From assembly GCA_963764745.1 (NCBI GenBank), contig CAVXTN010000012.1:307564-371563 (forward strand): 64,000 bases of DNA, given 5' to 3'. The DNA is from Candidatus Aminicenantes bacterium (lineage in GTDB: Bacteria; Acidobacteriota; Aminicenantia; UBA2199). Position 1 is the first letter of the stretch. The number at the start of each line of letters is the position of its first letter. Positions 30,580-40,022 of the stretch are shown here, in pieces. The notes under the pieces were generated by a model that was not told where the DNA came from, ran no database searches, and saw only the letters and a list, made by a program, of their open reading frames with translations. A program made the position numbers and the translations under genes.

Positions 30580-30659
30580 GCCCGCATTTTAGATGAAGGC
30601 CGCTTGGAGTGCAAGTAGTCGAATAGCTGAAGTTCGAACCCGCGAAAAGTGACCCTTGT

Positions 30660-32748
30660 TCAGCGAAAAAGGATATCGGTCACCCGCGGCAGTTTCCAGA
30701 AATCGCGTTCCACCCGCTCCTCGATCTTTTCCACCAGGACTGCCGCTTCGGCCAGATGGGGCCGGATGAACCTGGTGCAAAATTGCGCCCGCGTGCGCTC
30801 ATCTCCTTCTTTCAGCTTATCGTTGTCCTCATCCAGCAAAGACACCGTTTCCATCGCCCGGTTGATCTTTTCAGTGAATTTGGCGATGAAAGCGAGCTGA
30901 TTTTTAAGCAGGCCCGGTTTTTTGGCCAGAATTTCCCGGGGAAACCGGCGGACCGCTTCGAGAAGCATGGCCTGGTTCTTCAGCGCCGCCGGTATAATAT
31001 AAACGCGCAAAAGATTACGGGCGACACGCAGTTCCATTTCCACGGTCTTGACATAGATTTCGATCTTGATATCGGCCCGGGCCTTGATCTCATCCCGCGA
31101 AAGTATGGCGAATGTTTCGAACAAACGCATGTTTTTTTCTTCCTGCAAGCGGTCGACCGTCTCGGGCAGCGAGACCGGAATGAACAACCCCCGCCGGCGG
31201 GCTTCCCGATGCCAATCCGAGTTATAGTTGTCTCCGGCAAAAATAATGCCTGAGTTTTCCTTGATCAATATGCTGCAGCTTGTGAACCAGCGTTTTTTCG
31301 TCCCGGGTCTTCTCAATTGCCTTGTATACTTCCGTCAGACCGGCGGCAACCAGCAGGTTGATCACGGAGATCGGAAAAGCCAGCGAAGCCGACGATCCGG
31401 GCATGCGAAACTCGAACTTGTTGCCGGTAAACGCCACGGGCGAGGTACGGTTGCGATCGGAGAGATCATGGAGGATCGCCGGCACGAATTCCTCGAAGCG
31501 CACCATTTTCGATCTGCGGAATTTGCCGGTAATGAAGGCCTGGGGATCATCGATCACTCCCTGCAATTCATCGCCCAAAAAGACGGAAATGATCGCCGGG
31601 GGCGCTTCATGGCCGCCCAGGCGCAGCTCGTTTCCCGGGGAAGCCAGCACGGCCTGCAACAGGTCATGATAGCGGTTCATGCCGCAGATAAACCCGGCCA
31701 GGAAACTCAAGAATACCAGCCGCGAGTTTTTATTATCGCCGGGGGTAAACAGGTTCCGCCCCTTGCTGTCCATCAGCGACCAGTTGATGTGCTTGCCGCT
31801 GCCGTTGAAAAAGGCGAACGGTTTCTCGTGCAGCAGGCAGACCATGCCGTGATCGCGGGCGATCCTCGTCAGTAGGTCCATCAGCAACTGGTTGTGATCG
31901 GCGGCGATGTTGGCTTCTTCGTACAGCGGGGCAATTTCGAATTGGTTGGGAGCGACCTCATTGTGGCGGGTCTTGATCGGGATGCCCAGGTTCAAAGCCT
32001 CTTCCTCCACATCCTCGAGAAAGTGCAGCACCGGCTCGGGAATGGCGCCGAAATAATGGTCGCCCATCTGCTGGCCGCGGGGCGGGCGGGCGCCAAAGAT
32101 CAGCCGGCCAACGGTTTTCAGGTCGGGTCGCTGCTGGTAGTCCTTTTCACGGACCAGGAAAAACTCCTGCTCGGCGCCGATCATGTTCTTCACCCACCCG
32201 GCCCGCTGGTTGAACTTGGCAAGTATTTTGAGCGAGATATCATTGATCAGCCGCAAAGAACGCAGCAGCGGCGTTTTTTTATCCAGGACACAACCGTTGT
32301 AACCGTAAAAGACCGAGGGGATGAAGAGGACGCAATTCTTGCGGCTTTTGACCGCGAAAACCGGGGAACAAGGGTCCCAGGCCGTGTAGCCGCGGGCTTC
32401 AAAGGTCGAGCGCATGCCGCCGTGCGGGAAAGACGAGGCATCCGGCTCGCCCTTGATCAGGTCGCGCCCGGAAAAACGGGAAATGATCCTGCTGTTGCCC
32501 TCCCATTCCAGGAAGGTATTCTGCTTGCCGGCGGTCAGCCCGGTCAGGGGCATGAACCAGTGGGTGAAATGGGTGACGCCCAGGCGTTCGGCCCACTTTT
32601 TGATCGCCCGGGCCACCGCGTCCGCCACGTCGGCATCGAGGGTTTCTTTCCGGTCGACCGTGCGCATGAACTTTTTGAAGATCTGCGGCGGCAGGGCCTG
32701 CTTCATCTTCTCCAGGTCGAACACATTGCTGGCAAAATTTTTATTCAT
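30660..32748 (-). CDS. glnA: Glutamine synthetase type III (frameshift near 31260)
   Basis: THFTHWFMPLTG, GEPDASSFPHGGMRSTFEARGYTAWD, HNEVAPNQFE, NGSGKH, RLGGHEAPPAIIS, DRNRTSP. Confidence 0.93.
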
Positions 32749-32906
32749 CTCCCCTCCCGCAATCCTGAATTACTGCAACCTTCCCCCGAAATAACGCTTC
32801 AGGGATATTTGCGAGCTAAAAATGTTTAATAACCCATTCCCATTCACATGTCAAAAGTGAAATCTGATATCCATCTCTTCCAGAGGGTTCTGACCGGGAC
32901 TGGCTC

Positions 32907-32964
32907 TGGACAAACACCATGAATGGTAGTATATTACCCATATTAATTAGAGGTTTTATACTAC
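32907..32964 (+). promoter_or_regulatory. abiE promoter with inverted-repeat operator
   Basis: TGGACA-17-TATATT. Inverted repeat GTAGTATA (32926-33) / TATACTAC (32957-64) covers the -10 and brackets the RBS. Confidence 0.65.
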
Positions 32965-33570
32965 ATGTCAAAAATTGATTCTGAAGAAAAGCTTTTCCGG
33001 ATCGCGGCGGCGCAAGGCGGATATTTCACGGCTCTGCAAGCCAAACAGGCCGGATTCAGCGACAACAACCACAGCTTTCACCTTCGCGCCGGAAACTGGA
33101 TCAGGGAGTGGCGGGGCATCTATCGACTGGCTCGCTATCCGCTGCAAGATGATGCCCAATTTGCGCTTTGGGGAGTTTGGGCAAGCGACCGCCAGGGTAA
33201 AAGGCGCGGCGCCTACTCGCATGAAACCGCTTTGTCGTTGTTCGGCTTGAGCGATCTTCAACCCGCGAAACTTCATGTTACGGTGCCAAGAGGCTACAGG
33301 CGTCACGGGAGCATTCCGGAAATACTCTGCCTGCACCATGCCAATGTGAAGACAGCGGAATGTGAAGAAAGAAACGGGTACAAGGTCACCCGCCCATTCC
33401 GGACATTCGTCGATTTGGTCCGGGCGCAAACGATGTCTCCTGAATTTTTCAGGCAGGCCGTGCGGCAGGCGCTTGATCGCGGGATTCTGACCCGCGCTCA
33501 ATACCGCACGCTAAAAGAGATGCCGCGTATTGGGCGCAGATTCAGGGAAATGATGGGAGAGGCACTTTGA
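32965..33570 (+). CDS. abiEi: Type IV toxin-antitoxin AbiEi-family antitoxin
   Basis: AAAQGGYFT..A, RGIYRL, SHETALSLFGLSD..P.KLHVTVP, VTRPFRTFVD. Confidence 0.85.
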   Translation: MSKIDSEEKLFRIAAAQGGYFTALQAKQAGFSDNNHSFHLRAGNWIREWRGIYRLARYPLQDDAQFALWGVWASDRQGKRRGAYSHETALSLFGLSDLQPAKLHVTVPRGYRRHGSIPEILCLHHANVKTAECEERNGYKVTRPFRTFVDLVRAQTMSPEFFRQAVRQALDRGILTRAQYRTLKEMPRIGRRFREMMGEAL

Positions 33571-33776
33571 AAACCGATCCGCGCTACAAAACCGCGGCTG
33601 GGTTGCGCATGGCCGTCGAGGAGCGCTTGAATCGCATGGCCAAAAGAAAGGGCCTGGATGTCCTGCGCCTGCGCCGGCACGTTGCGTTCGATCGTTTTCT
33701 GGCGCGCTTTTCTCCCAGGGCGCACGACCTTGATCTTGCGGAGAATATTTCAGGAAGATTTTTGGCTGGAAAATAA
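33567..33776 (+). pseudogene. abiEii: Truncated AbiEii nucleotidyltransferase toxin (N-terminal ~48 aa only)
   Basis: TTGA overlap with abiEi. YKTAAGLRMAVEERL..RLRRHVAFDRFLARF, then similarity stops before the KGG catalytic motif; no room for the rest before the next gene. Confidence 0.7.
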
Positions 33777-33947
33777 TTTATAACGTATTGTTCCCGCTTT
33801 GTCAAAAACACGGGAACTCAACGCCAATCATAAAAAAGGATCCCGCTGTTGCAATGATCCGGATTTGCGGTAAAATGCTGGCATGGTCAAAAACGGTTTC
33901 CCGGGAAATGCAATCCACGCTCCGTTCCGGACGGGCGGCAAATACCC

Positions 33948-35412
33948 ATGCGTGAAAAGATCAAGGAACTGACCAAGGATACAGCCGTTTACGGCATCTC
34001 CACCATCGTCGGCCGCTTTTTCAATTTTCTGCTCGTGCCCTTTCTATACCCATTTCATCTCGCGCGCCGACATGGGCATCTACACCAACATGTACGCCTA
34101 CCTGGCATTCCTGAACATTTTCTATATTTACGGCATGGACGCGGCCTTCATGAAATACAGCTCGCTGGCCGGACCCGAGGACAAGAAAAAGGTTTTCTCC
34201 ACGGCCTATGTTTTCGTCACCCTGTCGACCCTGGCCCTGACCGCCGTGCTCCTGCTGCTGCGCCTGCCCTTCGGCCACCTGATGGCCGTCCCGGCCCGTT
34301 ATTCAAGGTTGATCTATTATGTCATCCTGATCCTGCTCTTCGACACCCTGGCGCTCGTTCCCTTCGCCAACCTCCGCCTGGAACGGAAAGCCGGCAAATT
34401 CGCCGCCCTGAAACTGGCCAATATCCTGATCAACCTCGGCTTCAACCTGGTGTTATTCCTTAAATTCCACTGGGGCATTGAAGCCATTTTTGCCGCCAAT
34501 CTGGCCGCCTCGGCAGTCACCTTGTTTTTGCTTATGCCGGAGATCCTCAAGCATTTGCATATAAAAATCTACGGCGGGCAGCTGAAAAAGATGCTGCGCT
34601 TCGGCCTCCCCTATCTGCCGGCCTCATTGGCCGCGACCATGGTCCAGGTCATCGACCGGCCCCTGGTCCTGGCCAAGACCAATGCCGCCACGCTCGGCCT
34701 TTACCAGACGGGCTACAAGATCGGCATCTTCATGATGCTGGTCGTTTCCATGTTCCAGTACGCCTGGCAGCCCTTTTTCCTCAACAACGCCAGGGAGAAG
34801 AACGCCAAGGAAATTTTCGCCAAGATCATGACCTTGTTCGTGCTGGCGGCGAGCCTGCTGTGGATCGTCATCTCCCTTTTTATCGAGAACCTGGCCCGTC
34901 TTGAGATCGGGGCCGGCCGCTCGATCATCGAAAAGCATTTTTTGCCCGGGCTGGTCGTGGTGCCGATCATCCTGCTGGCCTACCTGTTCAACGGCATCTA
35001 CGTCAACCTCTGGGCCGGGCTGTATATCGAAGAAAAAACAAAATATTTTCCCTATATATCCGGCGTCGGCGCCCTGGTCAACGTGGCGGCCAACCTCTTG
35101 CTGATTCCCGTCCTGGGCATCGTCGGCGCCGCCCTGGCCACGCTGGCCAGCTACATGGTGATGGCGGCCGGCATATTCATTTTCGCGCAAAGGTTCTACA
35201 AGATCGAATACGAGTACGGCAAACTACTGAAAATCCTGGGCACGATCTTTGCCACCGGCGCGATCTACTATTATTTCTATTTCCACGGCGGCATGGGCGT
35301 TCTTTTTAAAACCGCCATGCTGGCCGCCTTCATCGCGGCGCTGTTCGCCCTGGGCGTCGTAAAAAAAGATGAAATGCGGCGCCTGGCCGCCATGCTCTTT
35401 CGTTTCAGGTAG
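33948..35412 (+). CDS. Wzx/MOP-superfamily oligosaccharide flippase (N-terminal frameshift)
   Basis: KDTAVYGISTIVGRFFNFLLVP, YGMDAAF, LRLERKA..F, IDR, YAWQPFF, GAALATLASY; many TM segments. Confidence 0.85.
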
Positions 35413-36178
35413 CTTTTCCCGGCAGCCGCTGCACCGCCCAGGCTCCATTGCGCGCGCCATGTTCCTTCAAGACCCGGATGACGCCGCTGACGCTGGCGCG
35501 GAACTGGTCAAAATCGCCGTCAGCGGGCACGACTTCCAGCAGGGCCTGGTACTTGTCCAGCGGCGTTGAGCCCGGCGGCAACGTGAAATCCACGTCACAG
35601 AAGCTGTCGGGATAGGCGGCCAGGGACTTGCGGTCCATCTGCGCGCCACGGGCCAGCAAGGCTTCGACCATGGTTGGGGCGAAGCGCCCGGAAGCGAAAA
35701 AAATCGGCGTCAGGCCATAGCCATAATCGTCGGTCTCCTCGATATCCGCCCCGGCAGCCAGCAGCAGGTCCAGCAGGGCCAGGCGCTGTGCCGGCTCGGC
35801 GCCGGCCGCGAAACTTCCACGACCGCGCACGAGATAACCGAGGGGTTTGACGCCGTAGGCATCAGGCAGGACTGCCAGTTTCCCCTCTTTTTTCAGCAGG
35901 AATTTCACCAGTTCCAGCGAACCGTCGTCCATGGCCGCCAGCAGGCCGGAGCGGTAGTCCGAACGGGCCAGGATGTCGGCTCCAGCACTCAGGCTGGCCC
36001 TGACCGCCGCCAGGTCGCCCCGCCCGCAGGCTGCCAGGAACTCGAGGTCCACGGGCCTGGGCCGTCCGGCCTGTTCATGAATGGAAGCGGCCGCTTGTTT
36101 TTTGCAGGCCGAAAAAAAGCAGCAGGCCGCGGCCAGGAGCAGCAGACCCGGAACGATTTTCAGCCGCGGCCGGCCCAA
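35405..36178 (-). CDS. Ankyrin-repeat lipoprotein
   Basis: Lipobox FSAC; repeats GDLAAVRASLSAGAD, GSLELVKFLL, LLLAAGAD..GLTPIFFA, ALLARGA. Confidence 0.7.
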   Translation of the reverse strand: MGRPRLKIVPGLLLLAAACCFFSACKKQAAASIHEQAGRPRPVDLEFLAACGRGDLAAVRASLSAGADILARSDYRSGLLAAMDDGSLELVKFLLKKEGKLAVLPDAYGVKPLGYLVRGRGSFAAGAEPAQRLALLDLLLAAGADIEETDDYGYGLTPIFFASGRFAPTMVEALLARGAQMDRKSLAAYPDSFCDVDFTLPPGSTPLDKYQALLEVVPADGDFDQFRASVSGVIRVLKEHGARNGAWAVQRLPGKAT

Positions 36179-36200
36179 TCGACTACCCTTGCCGGGCGGA

Positions 36201-36497
36201 TCACTTCTTTTTCCTGCGCCCGAGAATGCCGCCGCTCAAGAACAATCCGGCGCCCAGCACGAAGCCGAAATTGTACCAGCCGCCGCTGTTGTGCACTTCA
36301 TACAAAGAGATCTTGTCGCTGAAAAGGGAGACGATAAAGGTGATGGGGGCGATCAATCCGTGCCACAGGCCCAGCCAGAACCCGGCCACCCGCCCTTCGC
36401 CATCGGCGGTCCTGGCGAGCCGGTTGGGCCCGGGCGCGCACGAGGCCAACAGAAAAATCGCCAGCAGCACCAGCAGCAAAAACACGTTTCTTTTCAT
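36201..36497 (-). CDS. Small membrane lipoprotein of unknown function (98 aa)
   Basis: SD GGAGG, lipobox LASC, AGFWLGLWHG..P..FIVSLF..YEVHNSGGWYNFGFVLG, basic C-tail. Confidence 0.75.
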   Translation of the reverse strand: MKRNVFLLLVLLAIFLLASCAPGPNRLARTADGEGRVAGFWLGLWHGLIAPITFIVSLFSDKISLYEVHNSGGWYNFGFVLGAGLFLSGGILGRRKKK

Positions 36498-36609
36498 GCT
36501 TACCTCCCGCGCGCGGCTGCCCGCCGAACACGTTTTTTCATTATAACGCGCAGCGGCCCCGGGATGCAAATTCCCGCCGCGGGCAGCGCTGCCGCCCTGG
36601 CGTCGAAAT

Positions 36610-36638
36610 TTGACAATCAAATCATGATTCTCTAGAAT
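36610..36638 (+). promoter_or_regulatory. Promoter of the hybrid kinase with a palindrome in the spacer
   Basis: TTGACA-17-TAGAAT; AATCATGATT palindrome at 36620-36629. Confidence 0.55.
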
Positions 36639-36671
36639 CGGTTGGCAACTTTTTTTGCCAAGGCGGCAAAA

Positions 36672-38869
36672 ATGGGCGAGACAAAAGAAAAGCCGGCTCC
36701 CGGTTTCAAAAAATGGTTGGGCCAGATCCTGGCCCCGCCGCGCTTTGACAGACGAAGAAAAGGACAGGCTGGCCAGGGTCCTGCACATCACGCTCGCCTT
36801 TGGATTCGCCGCGTGCGCCCTGACGGCGATCGCCGGGGCCGCGGCCGGACAGCCCGGAAAGCCGGCCGTGCTCGCCGCCGGCGCCATCGTCATTTTGCTG
36901 CTCCAGATACCCCTGCGACTGAGGCGCATACGCCTGGCCATATTCCTGACCTTCCTTTTTGTACTGGTCCTCATTTCCTTCGTATTGTACCTGGGCGGAG
37001 GCATCCATGACCTGGGTTCGATGCTCTTCCCGGTGATCATCGCCTGCGGCGGGTTGCTGCTCCGCCCGCGGGAGTTCCTGGCCATCGTGATCCTGTCGCT
37101 TCTCTCGGCGGTATCCATCATCCTGATGGAGATCGGGGGCTGGATCCATTGGTCCTCGGGATTGGGCACGAGCATCTACTCCCTGATCACGGTCACGGCC
37201 GTTTTTCTCCTTGCGGCGGCCCCCATACGGCTCATTTCCAACGACCTCAACCGCCATATCGCCCGCGTCAGGCAGAGCGAGCTGGAACTTCGGGACAGCA
37301 ACGACTGCCTGCAGCAGGAAGTGGCCGAGCGCAAGCAAGCCGAGGAATCGCTGCGCGAAAGCGAACAGCGCTTCCGCGTGCTCGCCGATTCGACCTTTGA
37401 AGGGCTCTGCATATCGGAGAACGGCATCATCATCGACACCAATTCCAGCATGGCGCGGATGCTCTCCTGCCCGACCCGGGATATCATCGGCCGTAAAATC
37501 GCCGACTTCCTGGACCCGGAAGCCGGGGAAGCCATCAACCAGCAGTTCTCATCCGGCGCCAGCGTTGCTTACGAACACTTGCTCAGGCGGCCTGACGGAT
37601 CGCGGGTCCCGGTCGAAAGCCGGAACAAGGTCATCCCTTACCAGGGGCGAAGCGCGCAGGTGACGACTTTCCTCGATATTTCCGAGCGGCGGCGCGGCGA
37701 AGAAGAGCACCGCATCCTGGAAAGCGAGATCCGCCAGAACCAGAAGCTGGAAAGCCTGGGAACGCTGGCCGGCGGCATCGCCCATGACTTCAACAATATC
37801 CTCTCGATCATCAGCGGCCATGCCGCGGTCCTGGCCGGCAAGCTGAAGGGAAATTCCCCGGCCAAGGCCGCCCTGGGCACCATCAACGAAGCCGCGGAGC
37901 GGGGCAGCGCCATGGTCAGGCAGATCTTGACCTTCGCCCGCAAGTCGGAGGCGGAATTCCGCTCGCTCAAGATCCAGGAACTGATCGCCGACCTGGTCAA
38001 GATGCTGCGCGTGACCTTCCCGCGCACCATTGAGATCACGTATTCCTGCCCGGAGGATCTGCCGCCGGCGTGGATGGATCCGAGCCAGCTGCACCAGGCC
38101 CTGCTCAATTTGTGCATCAACTCCCGCGATGCCATGGCCGGCAACGGCAAGCTGGAGATCCGCACTACCCTGATCCCCGGGGGGGATATCGCCTCCCGCT
38201 TTCCGGCCGCCGAAGGCAAGCGCCTGATCCGCATCCAGGTCATCCGATTCCGGAGCGGGCATGGACGAAAAGACCCGCAGCCGCATCTTCGAGCCTTTTT
38301 TCACCACCAAGGGCCGGGGCCGGGGCACCGGCCTGGGATTGGCCGTGGTCTATGGCGTGGTCCAGGCCCACAAGGGTTTCGTCGAGGTGGACAGCCGGCC
38401 CGGTCACGGCACCTCGTTTTCGCTGTATTTCCCGGCGTCCGAACGCCAGGATGCCCCTGCCGTGCCGAGGGGCCTCGACAACGAGCCGATCGCCCGCGGC
38501 AGCGAGACCATCCTGGTGGTCGAGGACGAGGAGGATCTCCGGGAGCTCCTGACCACCATGCTGCACGATTATGGCTACGGGATCCTGGTGGCCCGCGACG
38601 GCCTGGAAGCGCTGGAACGCTACCGTCGCCACCGCGACGATATTCAACTGGTCATCACCGACATGGACCTGCCCAAGATCAACGGCGCGGCGGTCAGCCA
38701 AACCATCCTGAGCGACAATCCGCGAATCAAGATCATCCTGATCTCCGGATTCGTGGAAACGGAGTTGAAAAACTCCATCCTGGCCGGCGGCGTCCGCGAA
38801 TTCGTGGCCAAGCCCTACACCTTGCCGCATATGCTCCAAACCGTGCGCAAGGTCCTGGACGGCGAATAA
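36672..38869 (+). CDS. Hybrid sensor histidine kinase: TM domain, PAS, HisKA/HATPase, receiver (frameshifts near 36720 and 38240)
   Basis: LAGGIAHDFNN, NLCINSRDAM, IFEPFFTTK..GTGLGL, ILVVEDE..ITDMDLP..KP. Confidence 0.9.
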
Positions 38870-39074
38870 GCGGGGCCGGACTGCCGGCCAAAGGCGAAAA
38901 TCCAAAGAAAAAACAATTCACTGGACAAAACTCTTTTTTCATACTATACATGGTACGAGTTATTTGACAGTTTTGACTGAGTCATGCAGAACGGTTGCGA
39001 GTCAGGCTCGATGACCCCGTGCCGGCCCGCCGCGCAGGCAAGCTGGCAACGCCATTCACCCAGGAGGTGAATCC

Positions 39075-39293
39075 ATGACGAAAGTTAAATTTTCTCAGGC
39101 TTATTACGATTTGGAATATCAGGACCACGGCAGCCGGGAGGAACGCTTCCCACACTTTCAACAGGTGCCGTTCTATCCCTATTGCCCGTTTTTTTTCAGT
39201 TTGTCCACCCAGCGGCCTTTGCATCAGGAAAAACCGGTTTTCTCCAGCGATTTCCTGCCCAGCCGGGTCTTCGCCAAAATATTTCCCGGCTGA
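39075..39293 (+). CDS. Orphan small protein, 72 aa, aromatic/Pro-rich
   Basis: Strong SD AGGAGG(TGA) just upstream of the ATG, AT-rich promoter-like region upstream, fills the intergenic gap; no recognisable family. Confidence 0.55.
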   Translation: MTKVKFSQAYYDLEYQDHGSREERFPHFQQVPFYPYCPFFFSLSTQRPLHQEKPVFSSDFLPSRVFAKIFPG

Positions 39294-39332
39294 TCCGGCC
39301 AAAAGCGGCGTGAGACCGGCCTCCCCGCCGCT

Positions 39333-39830
39333 TCACCCCTTTGGCTTCATCACGCCGCGCAGGACCAGCAATCCTCCGGCCAGGACCAGGAACGCCCCAA
39401 AAGGCAGCGACGTGTCATAGATGCCGCTGTAAAAGGCCGCGGCCAATCCGATCAAGATCAGGGCCGGGACCAGCAATGCGCCCTTGCGCTCGATGACGTA
39501 CAGCAGAAAAAAGCCCAGGCCCGGGCCGATGAGAAAATTGGGCCAGGTCGTGCCCGCGTCCAGCCAATGGGTATTGCTGAGCCAGAGGAAGTAGCCGCTG
39601 TAAAAAACCAGGATGGTGATGGGGATGACCGCCCCGGCGGCTTCCCGGCCTTTTTGCAGCCAGTTGACGGCCAGGGGGATGACCGGGATGAGCAGAAAAA
39701 GCGGCCAGAGCCGCTCCGCGTCCAGGAAACGGTATAAATTGTTCAGCAAAAACAGCACTCCCAACAAGACCAGAATGGCGCCGCCGCTCAGCGCCGCGGC
39801 CCGCGCCCGCATATCCTTGGTTTCAGCCAT
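39333..39830 (-). CDS. Membrane protein, LiaF/DUF5668-like
   Basis: GAILVLLGVLFLLNN..LWPLFLLI, repeated WPNFLIGPG unit; SD AGGAGG. Confidence 0.65.
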   Translation of the reverse strand: MAETKDMRARAAALSGGAILVLLGVLFLLNNLYRFLDAERLWPLFLLIPVIPLAVNWLQKGREAAGAVIPITILVFYSGYFLWLSNTHWLDAGTTWPNFLIGPGLGFFLLYVIERKGALLVPALILIGLAAAFYSGIYDTSLPFGAFLVLAGGLLVLRGVMKPKG

Positions 39831-39872
39831 GTTTCCTCCTAGTTCGCCCTTAGAACGAATCTGCCGGGCTTG

Positions 39873-40007
39873 AAGTTCGTTCTCAGTGATGAGTGAACGA
39901 ACTTGCAGGACTCAGTGATGAGTGATTAGAAAGAGAAAGATTCTTTTAGATACTTTTAGCAGTTGCTTTTTCTCATCACTCATCACTTATCACTTATCAC
40001 TCATTAC
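39873..40007. repeat. Heptamer tandem-repeat inverted element (GTGATGA ... TCATCAC x5) plus 10-bp hairpin
   Basis: AAGTTCGTTC/GAACGAACTT inverted repeat; CTCAGTGATGAGTGA twice; TCATCAC-TCATCAC-TTATCAC-TTATCAC-TCATTAC at 39973-40007. Confidence 0.75.
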
Positions 40008-40022
40008 AAACAGGTCGTTGAG

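Noticed and set aside
39873-40007. CRISPR mini-array (CTCAGTGATGAGTGA repeated)
   Set aside because: Only two 15-bp copies 14 bp apart, built from 7-mer units; no cas genes in the window.
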